The notes below the pieces were generated by a model. It did not search any database, was not told where the DNA came from, and saw only the letters and a program-made list of their open reading frames with translations. From the NCBI GenBank assembly GCA_965649125.1, contig CBFGJO010000003.1, positions 1,459 through 65,458 on the forward strand: DNA of 64,000 nucleotides. The letters are read 5' to 3'. Position numbers and translations under genes: made by a program. Shown here piece after piece: positions 45,925-55,567 of the stretch. The stretch comes from a candidate division WOR-3 bacterium (GTDB lineage Bacteria; Hydrothermota; Hydrothermia; Hydrothermales; Hydrothermaceae). Position 1 is the first letter of the stretch. Each line of letters begins with the position of its first letter.

Positions 45925-46097
45925 TGGAACAATTATTCCATATATATGAATAATGTAATCAGTATTTGCCTCTGGAAAACTACCACTTGTAACTATATCA
46001 TCAGAAGATTCCTCTTATTTACACCCCCGAGGTGTAATTTGTTTTTGCTACGACTTAATTGATTTTCCAATGTTTTTTATGTTATTCTTAAAACTTT

Positions 46098-48179
46098 ATG
46101 AATGTAATTGATTTATTTTTTAATCCAAAAAAAGTTGCAATAATAGGTGCTTCAAGAGACCCAAAAAGCCTTGCCTATCAGACATTCAAAAGTATGATAG
46201 AATCAGGGTTTGAAGGCGCATTTTTCCCTGTAAATCCAAATGCCGATTATGTTCTTGGTTATAAATCTTATAAAAGTGTGTTTGAAATCCCTGATAAAGT
46301 TGATCTTGCTGTTATAACAACTCCTTCAAAGATTGTTCCAGATATTTTGGAAGAATGCGGTAAAAAGGAAATTAAAGCAGTTATTATAATAACAGCAGGA
46401 TTTAAAGAAATTGGAAGGGAAGGCGAAATTCTTGAAGAAAAGGTAAAGGAAATTGGTAAAAATTATAATATGAGGATTGTTGGTCCAAACTGTCTTGGAG
46501 TTATAAATACATCTCCAAAAGTAAGATTAAACACATTCTTTGCTACACCTCTTCCAGAAAGGGGAAAGGTCAGTGTTGTCTCCCAATCAGGAGCAATATG
46601 TGTTTCACTTCTTGACCATGCAAGGGAAAAAGGGATTGGATTTTCAAAAATTTTAAGCATTGGAAACAAGGTTGATGTTGATGAGGTTCATGCCCTTTTA
46701 TATTTTAAAGATGACCCTGAAACCGAGGTAATTCTCCTTTATATTGAAGGTCTTTTAAGGGGAGAAGAATTTTTTAATGTTGCAAGGGAAACAGCAAGGA
46801 AAAAACCTGTTCTTGTGCTAAAGGTTGGAAGAACAGAGGAAGGAGCGAAGGCTGTATCATCACATACAGGGGCAATTGCTGGAATTGACCAGCTTTATGA
46901 TGCAATTTTTAAAAAGGCAGGTATTTTGAGAGTTAATACAATTGAAGAGATGCTTGTGAAAGCACTTGCACTTACCTGTCAACCCCTTCCAAAACGAAAC
47001 AGGATTGCAATAATAACAAATGCAGGTGGAACAGGTGTTATTGCAACTGATGAATGTGTAAAAAGGGGATTGAAACTTGCAAGAATTGATAGGAAAACAC
47101 TGGAAAAATTAAGGGAAAAGGTGCCACCATACGCATCCCTTTCTAACCCCTTTGACCTTATAGGGGATGCTGACGCTGAAAGGTATGAATGGGTTATGAA
47201 AAATCTTTTAAAAGACAAAAATGTTGATGCGGTTATATGTATGATGGTTCCCCAGAAAATGATAGATATGGATGAGGTTGCAAAAAGGATGGCAAAATAT
47301 GCTAAGAATAACAAAAAACCATTAATTCCTGCATTCCTTGGAGAAAAAAGCGTATTAACACCTATTGAAATTTTAAAAAAAGAAGGTGTTCCCTTTTATA
47401 TATTTCCAGAGGATGCAATAAACGCAGTTTCAGGTCTTTATGAATATATAAAATTAAAGAAATCAATAAAAGATGAAAAAGAAATTTTATTTGAGGTAAA
47501 AAAAGATGAAGCAAAAAAGATTTTAAGTAAATCAATTAAAAATGAAGATGGTTTTATCCCGCTCCATGATACTTTAAGGGTTTTAGAATGTTATGGGTTC
47601 AAAATAGTTGAATGGGAATATGCTCAGGATGAAAAGGAGATTGAGAGAATATGTAAGAAAATAAGTTTTCCTGTTGCTATGAAGGTTGTTGCAGATAAGG
47701 TAATTCATAAAATGAAAAAAGGAGGAGTAATTCTAAATATAGAATCTCAAGAGGAAGCAATAAAAAAATTTATAGAAATAAGAAAAAAATTTTCAAATGA
47801 AGGATTTAAAGGGGTAATACTTCAAAAAATGGCAAGGATGGGTAGAGAATTAATAGTGGGTGCAAAAAAGACTCCATTTTTCCCTCCACTTGTTATGTTT
47901 GGGCTTGGCGGAATATATGTAGAAATAATTAAAGATGTAAGTTTTGGCATTGTCCCTATTTTCCCAAAAGAAGCAATTGAGATGATTAAAGGGATAAAAG
48001 GGTTTAGTTTACTTAAAGGAAGTAATATAAATAAAATAAAAGAGATTATTTTAAGAGTATCCCAGATGGTTAAAGAGATTGAAGAGTTAGAGGAGATTGA
48101 TTTAAATCCGGTTTTTGCATATAAAAAAGAGGCAATTGTTGTTGACGCAAGAATAAAGATTAAAAAGGAGGAAAAATGA
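46098..48179 (+). CDS. ADP-forming acetyl-CoA synthetase family protein (fused alpha-beta)
   Basis: CoA-binding N-terminus (KKVAIIGASRDPKSLAY). RIVGPNCLGVI, VSQSGA and SSHTGAIAG (phospho-His loop). C-terminal ATP-grasp. Confidence 0.85.
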   Translation: MNVIDLFFNPKKVAIIGASRDPKSLAYQTFKSMIESGFEGAFFPVNPNADYVLGYKSYKSVFEIPDKVDLAVITTPSKIVPDILEECGKKEIKAVIIITAGFKEIGREGEILEEKVKEIGKNYNMRIVGPNCLGVINTSPKVRLNTFFATPLPERGKVSVVSQSGAICVSLLDHAREKGIGFSKILSIGNKVDVDEVHALLYFKDDPETEVILLYIEGLLRGEEFFNVARETARKKPVLVLKVGRTEEGAKAVSSHTGAIAGIDQLYDAIFKKAGILRVNTIEEMLVKALALTCQPLPKRNRIAIITNAGGTGVIATDECVKRGLKLARIDRKTLEKLREKVPPYASLSNPFDLIGDADAERYEWVMKNLLKDKNVDAVICMMVPQKMIDMDEVAKRMAKYAKNNKKPLIPAFLGEKSVLTPIEILKKEGVPFYIFPEDAINAVSGLYEYIKLKKSIKDEKEILFEVKKDEAKKILSKSIKNEDGFIPLHDTLRVLECYGFKIVEWEYAQDEKEIERICKKISFPVAMKVVADKVIHKMKKGGVILNIESQEEAIKKFIEIRKKFSNEGFKGVILQKMARMGRELIVGAKKTPFFPPLVMFGLGGIYVEIIKDVSFGIVPIFPKEAIEMIKGIKGFSLLKGSNINKIKEIILRVSQMVKEIEELEEIDLNPVFAYKKEAIVVDARIKIKKEEK

Positions 48180-48742
48180 TAAAAGTGGTGTTAATAGTCC
48201 TTATAATTTTAATTATAATTTTTTTAATTTCTATTTATAATTCTCTTGTAAAAGAGAGGATGCAGGTAAAGAATGCATGGAGTCAAATAGATGTTCAACT
48301 AAAAAGAAGGCATGACCTGATTCCAAACCTTGTTGAGGCAGTTAAAGGATATATGAAATATGAAAAGGAAACATTAACAAAAGTTATTGAAGCAAGGGCA
48401 AAGGCTGTTAGTGCAAGGGATGGAGGTGATTTAAAAGAGATTGGAAAAGCAGAAGGAGAACTTTCAGGGTTTCTTGGAAGATTATTTGCCCTTTTTGAAA
48501 GATATCCGGAATTAAAGGCAAATCAGAATGTAATGATGCTTCAAGAAGAACTTACAAATACCGAAAATAAGATAGCATTTGCAAGACAATTTTATAATGA
48601 TATGGTGATGAAATACAATACATCTATACAGGTTTTTCCAAAAAACATTATTGCAAATATGTTTAATTTTAAGTCCTTTGCCTTTTTTGAAATAGAAAAA
48701 CCGGAGGAAAAAGAGGCACCAAGGGTAAGTCTTGATGTCTGA
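48176..48742 (+). CDS. lemA: LemA family protein
   Basis: N-terminal TM followed by NAWSQIDVQLKRRHDLIPNLVE and RQFYNDMVMKYNT. Confidence 0.9.
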   Translation: MIKVVLIVLIILIIIFLISIYNSLVKERMQVKNAWSQIDVQLKRRHDLIPNLVEAVKGYMKYEKETLTKVIEARAKAVSARDGGDLKEIGKAEGELSGFLGRLFALFERYPELKANQNVMMLQEELTNTENKIAFARQFYNDMVMKYNTSIQVFPKNIIANMFNFKSFAFFEIEKPEEKEAPRVSLDV

Positions 48743-49685
48743 AATAATTACCTTTTATGATTTACAGAGAAAAAATATAAGGAAAACAGTACTTTTAATC
48801 TTATTTTTTATTTTACTTACGGGATTTACAGGTTTTCTGATAGATAATCTATTTTTAGGATTCCCTGATTATATAAAATTCCCTTTTATAACAAGTATTG
48901 CAACTTTTATTTCTGGAATACACTCTTTTATATCTTATAGATATGGAGATAAAATAGTCTTAAATTCAGTTAGGGCAAGACTTGCAAATCCAGAAATTTT
49001 TGAAGAAAAAAGGCTTATAAATATTGTTGAAGAAATGAAAATAGCAGCAGGTATTCCTATGCCAAAAGTATATATTGTTGAAACTGATATTCCAAATGCT
49101 TTTGCAACAGGAAAGGATCCTGATAACTCATCAATTGCTGTAACAAGAGGGCTTTTAAAAATTTTAAACAGGGAAGAAATGCAAGGAGTTATAGGACACG
49201 AAATTGCCCATATAAAAAATAGGGATATTTTAACAATGACAGTTGCAATAACTTTACTTGGCATAATAATAATTTTATCAGATATTGTTTTAAGAAGTTT
49301 AAGGTCCAGAGGGGATAGAAGAAGAAAAGTTTATATAAGAGGTAATATAATAATTTTTTTAATTATCTTAATCATTGCAATAATTGCACCATTAATTGGA
49401 AGACTTGTTTTTCTTGCAATTTCAAGAAGCAGGGAGTATCTTGCTGATGCAACCTCAGCCGAGCTCACAAGAGACCCGCTTTCACTTGCAAATGCTCTTG
49501 AAAAAATCCATTTAAGTCAAAAAGGCGCACCTATCGGTAATAAGGCAATTTCTCCCCTTTTTATAGTCTCACCACTTAGAAATAAATTAGAAAATATAGA
49601 AAATTTATGGGCTGATTTATGGAGTACACATCCTCCAATTGAAAAAAGAATTTTTTACTTAAAAAGGATGGCACATAGAGTTTAA
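48735..49685 (+). CDS. M48 family (HtpX-like) zinc metalloprotease
   Basis: GVIGHEIAHIKNRD HExxH, SREYLADA and HPPIEKRI. Confidence 0.85.
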   Translation: MSEIITFYDLQRKNIRKTVLLILFFILLTGFTGFLIDNLFLGFPDYIKFPFITSIATFISGIHSFISYRYGDKIVLNSVRARLANPEIFEEKRLINIVEEMKIAAGIPMPKVYIVETDIPNAFATGKDPDNSSIAVTRGLLKILNREEMQGVIGHEIAHIKNRDILTMTVAITLLGIIIILSDIVLRSLRSRGDRRRKVYIRGNIIIFLIILIIAIIAPLIGRLVFLAISRSREYLADATSAELTRDPLSLANALEKIHLSQKGAPIGNKAISPLFIVSPLRNKLENIENLWADLWSTHPPIEKRIFYLKRMAHRV

Positions 49686-50704
49686 TGAAAGCGGTTTTAA
49701 TAAATGAAAATGGACCACCTGAAGTAATAAAGATTGCTGAAGTTCCTTTAAGAGAATTAAAAAAAGATGAGGTAAGGATAAAAGTTAAAGCAGCAGGAAT
49801 AAATCATCTTGATATATGGATAAGAAAAGGGCTCCCAGGTCTTTCTTTAAAATTTCCACATGTCCTTGGAGCAGATGCAGCAGGTATTGTTGAAGAAATA
49901 GGAGAAAATGTTGAAAGAATAAATAAAGGTGATAAAGTTTTAATATACCCTGCAATTTTTTGTGGAAGATGCAAAGAATGTGTTTCAGGAAATGAAAATT
50001 TATGTAAAGAGTATAAAATTTTTGGTGAAAGAATACAGGGTGTTCAATCCGAATATATAAATGTGCCAAAGGAGAATGTCTTTTTAATTCCAGAAAATAT
50101 TTCTTTTGTTGAAGCAGCAGCAATTCCACTTGCACTTTTAACAGCTATCCAGATGATTGAAAAAGCAAACCCTGAACCGGGTATGAACTGTCTTGTTATG
50201 GCAGCAGGTTCCGGTGTTAGTTTAAATTTGATACAACTTTTAAAAATAATAAGATGTAATGTCTTTGTTACAGCAGGAAATAAAGAGAAGATTGAAAGAG
50301 CAAAATGGTTTGGCGCTGACGATGGTGTTGTCTATACAGAAAATAATTGGGAGAAAAAATTAAAGAATATTTGTGAAAAAATTGATATCATATTTGACCA
50401 TACCGGAAAGGATTTCTGGGAAAAATTAATAAAAATAGTTAATTGGGGAGGAAAGATAGTTATATGTGGTGCAACAAGTGGTTATGATGTAAAAATTGAT
50501 TTAAGACATGTATTTTTCAGACAGATCCAAATAATCGGTTCAACAATGGGTGGAAGGAGACACCTTTTAAAAGGGCTTGAATATGTAAAAAAGGGGCTTA
50601 TAAAAATATCTATAAGTAAAGTCTTAAATTTTGAAAAGGCACAGGAAGCACATAAACTGATTGAAGATAGAAAAACATTTGGTAAGATTGTTTTAAAATT
50701 TTAA
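49685..50704 (+). CDS. zinc-binding medium-chain dehydrogenase/reductase
   Basis: PHVLGADAAGIVEEIG, structural-zinc CGRCKECVSGNENLC and MAAGSGVS nucleotide fold. Confidence 0.8.
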   Translation: MKAVLINENGPPEVIKIAEVPLRELKKDEVRIKVKAAGINHLDIWIRKGLPGLSLKFPHVLGADAAGIVEEIGENVERINKGDKVLIYPAIFCGRCKECVSGNENLCKEYKIFGERIQGVQSEYINVPKENVFLIPENISFVEAAAIPLALLTAIQMIEKANPEPGMNCLVMAAGSGVSLNLIQLLKIIRCNVFVTAGNKEKIERAKWFGADDGVVYTENNWEKKLKNICEKIDIIFDHTGKDFWEKLIKIVNWGGKIVICGATSGYDVKIDLRHVFFRQIQIIGSTMGGRRHLLKGLEYVKKGLIKISISKVLNFEKAQEAHKLIEDRKTFGKIVLKF

Positions 50705-50726
50705 TTTATGTTATAATTAATTTATT

Positions 50727-51857
50727 ATGACTCAAATATTTCAATTTCTTTTTATTTATATTTCTCCACTCCCGCCCTCAGGTATTGAGGCAAATGATTA
50801 TCCAAATGATGCGGGAGGAAAAATAGAAATAAGATGGGAACTTTCCCCTTCTGATTCAATAATAGATAATTATATAATTTTCAGACAGGAGGAAGTTGAA
50901 GGGAAATGGAGTTTACCCCAAATGCTTGAAATTCTTCCAAGGGGGACAAACTATTTTCTTGATTCAAACTGCAAAAATAAAGTTAAATACAGGTATTTTA
51001 TAAGGGCAATAAAGGGTGATTTATGGAATGATAGCGAATTTTCAAATGTAGCAGTTGCTTCACCGCAGTGGTTTCATAAAAAAAGAACGAGTGTTTTAAT
51101 CTTACTTATAATCATACTCCTTTTTCTCTTATATTTTATAAAAAGGGGGAAAAAGGAAGAACTGTTTATAAGAAAAATCACTGGGCTTGATGCAATAGAT
51201 GAAGCAGTTGGCAGATCAACAGAACTTGGAAGACCACTACTTTTTATCCTTGGTCTTGGAACTATTGCTGAGATACCAACAATTGCAGGACTTTCAATTT
51301 TAAAAAGGGTTGCAAAAAAAGCAGGTGAATATGAGGTTGATATTATAGTTCCCTGCTTTGATCCTGTTGTATTTGTTGCAGCACAGGAAACAGTTAAAGA
51401 AGGTTTTATTGAGGCAGGTAGACCAGACCTTTATAAAGAAGGGAATGTATTCTTTTTATCCTACGACCAGTTTGGTTATGCTGCTGGCTGTGATGGAATA
51501 ATGATCAGAGAAAAACCAGGTGCAATATTTTTGCAGGGATATTTTTATGCTGAATCACTTATTCTTGCAGAAACAGGAAACTCCATAGGGGCAATACAGA
51601 TATCAGGAACAACTGCTGTAACACAACTCCCTTTCTTCATTGCGGCAACCGATTATACATTGATAGGTGAAGAGATGTATGCAGCAAGTGCATATTTAAC
51701 GCGTGACCCACTATCAGTTGCAACAATAAAAGGTGAAGATTATGTAAAAGTATTACTTATAATAATAGTATTAACAGGACTTTTACTTGAAACAATCGCA
51801 TTTTTGACAAAAAATCCTTTATTCCATTTTTTAAAAAACTTTTTTGAAGTGATATGA
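50727..51857 (+). CDS. FN3-like ectodomain + TM + ~230-aa domain + C-terminal TM protein, unknown function
   Basis: PPSGIEANDYPNDAGGKIEIRWELSP..YRYFIRA looks FN3-like. TM segment SVLILLIIILLFLLYFI. Conserved-looking GLDAIDEAVGRSTELGRP segment. First gene of a five-gene coupled block. Confidence 0.55.
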   Translation: MTQIFQFLFIYISPLPPSGIEANDYPNDAGGKIEIRWELSPSDSIIDNYIIFRQEEVEGKWSLPQMLEILPRGTNYFLDSNCKNKVKYRYFIRAIKGDLWNDSEFSNVAVASPQWFHKKRTSVLILLIIILLFLLYFIKRGKKEELFIRKITGLDAIDEAVGRSTELGRPLLFILGLGTIAEIPTIAGLSILKRVAKKAGEYEVDIIVPCFDPVVFVAAQETVKEGFIEAGRPDLYKEGNVFFLSYDQFGYAAGCDGIMIREKPGAIFLQGYFYAESLILAETGNSIGAIQISGTTAVTQLPFFIAATDYTLIGEEMYAASAYLTRDPLSVATIKGEDYVKVLLIIIVLTGLLLETIAFLTKNPLFHFLKNFFEVI

Positions 51858-52639
51858 AAAAGGGAGTTCCACTTGTAATAACCTTTATTTCAGGATTCAT
51901 ATTAATAATTGCTTTATTTATTCCCCGTGAACCCTTTGGAAGTTTACAGGAAAGATTTAATGATTGGTATATAATTGTTTCAGGATTTACCCTTATCCTT
52001 GGCATTGATTCACTTCTTGCATACCATTATAGAAAGATTAAAAGAAAGGAAAAAGAATCACCTTATTCCCTTGCATTACTTTTAACATTCATAATAACAC
52101 TTTTATGGGGAATATATTCAGGAATAAAACATGGAAACCCATTTGCCCCTACATCAACATTTTTGAGATATTTTTATACATATATATTTGTTCCACTTCA
52201 AGCAACAATGTTTTCCCTTTTAGCATTTTTCATAGCCTCTGCTGCTTACAGGGCATTCAGGGCAAGGGGATTAAACGCAACTTTACTTTTAATATCAGCA
52301 GGAATTGTTATGCTTGGAAGGGTTCCAAAGGGGGAGGATTTTTCTCCATATTTTATTGGTATTACATTTATTTTAATTGCGATAGTCTGTGTACTTGAAG
52401 CAATTCCAAGAATCTCAATATATGAAAGAATTTTATTTTTCGGACTCGCCATTTTTTCTTTACTCCTTATTTTCCCCATAGGTATTTTCTTAAAAGCAAA
52501 ATTGCCCTTACTTTCTGATTGGATAATGAATGTTCCTCAACTTGGTGCAAAAAGGGGATTATTCATTGGTATATCACTTGGTGCAATAGCAATGGCTTTA
52601 AGAATTATTCTTGGTATAGAAAGAACATATTTAAAATGA
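51854..52639 (+). CDS. polytopic membrane protein, unknown function
   Basis: 261 aa with about 7 hydrophobic segments. ATGA overlap at both ends. Confidence 0.55.
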   Translation: MKKGVPLVITFISGFILIIALFIPREPFGSLQERFNDWYIIVSGFTLILGIDSLLAYHYRKIKRKEKESPYSLALLLTFIITLLWGIYSGIKHGNPFAPTSTFLRYFYTYIFVPLQATMFSLLAFFIASAAYRAFRARGLNATLLLISAGIVMLGRVPKGEDFSPYFIGITFILIAIVCVLEAIPRISIYERILFFGLAIFSLLLIFPIGIFLKAKLPLLSDWIMNVPQLGAKRGLFIGISLGAIAMALRIILGIERTYLK

Positions 52640-53457
52640 GAGAATTTTTTGAAAAAATATCAAGAATTGATAGAAGAATAATATACATTTTAGTTTTTGT
52701 ATGTATTACAATTCCGCTTTTAACTAAAAAAGGATTTGAATTTGAGGCACTTCCAGAGGTTAAGAATGCCTATGAATTTATAGAAAAATTAAAAGAAGGG
52801 TCTAATGTTTTAATTTCAATAGATTATGATGCTGCAAGCATGCCAGAACTTCAACCCCTTCTTGAAGTTATGCTTATCCATTTATTTAGAAAGGATTTAA
52901 AAGTGATAATGATGGGACACTGGCCACTTGGTCTTCCATTAGGACAGATTGCCCTTGAAAAAATTGCAAAGGAGATGAAAAAAGAATATGGAAAAGATTA
53001 TGTATTTCTTGGATATAGACCTGGAATAGCAGCAGTTATGCTTAATATGGGAAAGGAAATAAGAATGGTGTTTGATGTTGATTATAAAGGAACACCAATT
53101 GATTCATTACCTTTAATGAGAAATATTCATAATTATAATGATATTGCACTTTTAATAGGATTTGAGGCTGGCGCAGTTGGGGACTATTGGGTTCAATTTG
53201 CTCAGGCAAGATATGGACAGAAAATAATTTTAACATCAACAGCAGTTGTTGCACCGGATTTATATCCTTATTATCAGGCAAAACAGATTGAAGGACTTAT
53301 AGGGGGATTAAGAGGTGCTGCTGATTATGAAAATCTTTTAAAAAGAAGGGGATTTGCCTATGCGGGAATGACCGCTCAAACAGTTATACATATTATAATT
53401 CTGATATTCATAATTATTGGTAACATAGGTTTTGTAGCATTGAGGAGAATAAAATGA
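52636..53457 (+). CDS. bitopic (N- and C-terminal TM) protein with central soluble domain, unknown function
   Basis: The start is taken at the ATG in the ATGA overlap (MREFFEKISRIDRR..). The ORF-track start 52519 runs in another frame across the preceding gene. Confidence 0.55.
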   Translation: MREFFEKISRIDRRIIYILVFVCITIPLLTKKGFEFEALPEVKNAYEFIEKLKEGSNVLISIDYDAASMPELQPLLEVMLIHLFRKDLKVIMMGHWPLGLPLGQIALEKIAKEMKKEYGKDYVFLGYRPGIAAVMLNMGKEIRMVFDVDYKGTPIDSLPLMRNIHNYNDIALLIGFEAGAVGDYWVQFAQARYGQKIILTSTAVVAPDLYPYYQAKQIEGLIGGLRGAADYENLLKRRGFAYAGMTAQTVIHIIILIFIIIGNIGFVALRRIK

Positions 53458-54119
53458 TAGATATAATATTTTTATGGATTGCAGCAGGATTAACAATTGC
53501 AATATTTTCTTTTTTATACAAAGATAATCCCTTTTATAAGTTTGCAGAACATATATATGTTGGCTCTGCTGCAAGTTTCTGGTTCTTATATTTATGGTTT
53601 TTTGATGTTGAACCAAAAATTTTGGGACCATTCAAAAATGTTTTTAAAACTTATGGATTTTGGAATATGTGGCTCCATTTTACACCTGAACAATGGATTT
53701 TATTCATTCCAATATTTCTATCAATATGCATGCTACTCAGATTCATTCCAACTCTTGCATGGCTTTCAAGATGGGCAATAGCGTTTACAGTTGGAATGGC
53801 AGCAGGACTTGGTGTAACAGGTTCGCTTCAGGGATATATAGTTCCTCAAGTTCATGCAACAATTCTGCCTTTAATTGAAAAAGATTTACTTTCAAGTTTT
53901 AACAATTTAATAATAATTGTTGCAACAATTTCAACCTTATTTTACTTTTTCTTTTCAAAAGAACATAAAGGTACACTTGGTATCTTTTCAAGAATTGGAA
54001 TAACATTTATTATGATAGCCTTTGGTGCATCCTTTGGATATACAATAATGGCTCGTGTCTCCCTTTTAATAGGAAGAATTCATTTTTTACTATTTGAATG
54101 GCTTGGCTCTTTATTCTAA
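53454..54119 (+). CDS. polytopic membrane protein, unknown function
   Basis: 221 aa with about 6 hydrophobic segments. ATGA overlap with the upstream gene. Confidence 0.55.
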   Translation: MIDIIFLWIAAGLTIAIFSFLYKDNPFYKFAEHIYVGSAASFWFLYLWFFDVEPKILGPFKNVFKTYGFWNMWLHFTPEQWILFIPIFLSICMLLRFIPTLAWLSRWAIAFTVGMAAGLGVTGSLQGYIVPQVHATILPLIEKDLLSSFNNLIIIVATISTLFYFFFSKEHKGTLGIFSRIGITFIMIAFGASFGYTIMARVSLLIGRIHFLLFEWLGSLF

Positions 54120-55567
54120 TATTTTTAAATCAAACTGAATTAAAAGAGAAACTTTTCTTAGAGGAGCCAAAAAAATATAGAACATTTTATTATGATTTGA
54201 GGAATGAATATTTAAGAAATAAAGAATTTGAAAAACTTTATAAAATATCAAAACTCGCGGTTGATGAACTTGGTAAAAACTATTTATTCTATTCTGATTT
54301 TTTAATTTCAAGATATTTAACAGGCAGAAAATTTTACACACTCATTGATTCAATTGATTCATTTTTTGAAAGGGAGGAAATTAAAAGGATACTATTTTTA
54401 ATAATTGATTTGAAATTTTATGAATTTGCTGAAAAATTTATAAAATATGAGAGGGAGAAAAATAAGGATAAAAAAAATTTTTCAGAGATGCTTTATAGAA
54501 TTTATATTGAAAAAAATGATTATAAAAATGCGCTTAAAGAAATTAAGAATTTTGAAAACAAAGAAGTTATAAAAATTGAGATTAAAAGGATTTCAAAGAA
54601 TATTCCCTTTGAAATTATTGAAAATGAATTTCAAGAAGAGGAATTTTATGGAGTTCTTGCAGAGATAGCAATTTCAAAAAATATTTATGAAAAGGGAATA
54701 AATTATTATATAAAATCAAAGGATGAAAAGAAATTGGAAGAGTATGTGGAAAAAAATCCTGATTACATAATTAAATTTACTCAAAAAGAGAAAGAACCTT
54801 TAATTTTATTTTACAGGGCAAAGGCTCTTGAAAAAAAGGGGGAAAAAGAGGAAGCAAAAATTGTTTATGAAAATATAAAAGGGAAAATTAAAAAATTTGA
54901 GGATGAAATCCACTATTCCCTTGCAAATATATATCTTGAAGAAAATGAAATGTCAAAAGCAAAAGAAAATATTGAGAAAATAAAAAATGAGGAGAAAAAA
55001 AATGAAGTTTTGGGTTTGTATAATATTTTAACTGGTAATTTTAAAGAAAATTTTGAAATTCTAAAAAAATTAAATACAGCCTCTTCCCTTTTTTATTTTT
55101 TCCTTTCCGCCTATTTTTCTTTTAATTTTGATAAAGCAGAAAAACTCTCATTTAAATTCATTCAAAGTTTTCCACTGGATAAAAGGGTGCCTGATATCCT
55201 TTTTTTATCTTATATTTTAAAAAACTTTAAAGAGAAATTGAAAGAGTATGCCCTTTTTCATTATAAAATTTTAAAAGGGGAAGAAATTGAAATAAAAAAT
55301 GAAAAAGAAAAAGTTGATTTTTTATACTCTTATCTTTATGGAATTTATTTTAAGAGAAAAGGAGAAATAGATAAGAGTCTTATTTTTTTTGAAAAGGTAA
55401 GAGATGGCGATATACCAGAGATAATAAAAGTAAAAGCACTTATAGAAATTGCAGAGATATACAAGAAAAAGGATAAAAACAGAGCAAAAGAAATTTATAA
55501 AGAAATAATCTTAAAATATCCAGATAACCCATTTTTCCCTTACATTGAAAGGGAGATAAGAGAATAA
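54098..55567 (+). CDS. TPR-like repeat protein with N-terminal signal/anchor
   Basis: 489 aa. Lys/Glu-rich helical repeats (e.g. AKALEKKGEKEEAKIVYENI, LANIYLEENEMSKAKENIEKI, AEIYKKKDKNRAKEIYKEII). 22-nt overlap with the upstream gene. Confidence 0.6.
   Translation: MAWLFILIFLNQTELKEKLFLEEPKKYRTFYYDLRNEYLRNKEFEKLYKISKLAVDELGKNYLFYSDFLISRYLTGRKFYTLIDSIDSFFEREEIKRILFLIIDLKFYEFAEKFIKYEREKNKDKKNFSEMLYRIYIEKNDYKNALKEIKNFENKEVIKIEIKRISKNIPFEIIENEFQEEEFYGVLAEIAISKNIYEKGINYYIKSKDEKKLEEYVEKNPDYIIKFTQKEKEPLILFYRAKALEKKGEKEEAKIVYENIKGKIKKFEDEIHYSLANIYLEENEMSKAKENIEKIKNEEKKNEVLGLYNILTGNFKENFEILKKLNTASSLFYFFLSAYFSFNFDKAEKLSFKFIQSFPLDKRVPDILFLSYILKNFKEKLKEYALFHYKILKGEEIEIKNEKEKVDFLYSYLYGIYFKRKGEIDKSLIFFEKVRDGDIPEIIKVKALIEIAEIYKKKDKNRAKEIYKEIILKYPDNPFFPYIEREIRE

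Noticed and set aside
45600-46097. A structured housekeeping RNA (tmRNA, RNase P RNA, SRP RNA, 6S) or a riboswitch in the 500-nt gap.
   Set aside because: I found none of the conserved core strings of these RNAs by eye. The GC-richer patches are better explained as remnants of coding sequence. A covariance-model scan would be needed to exclude this fully.
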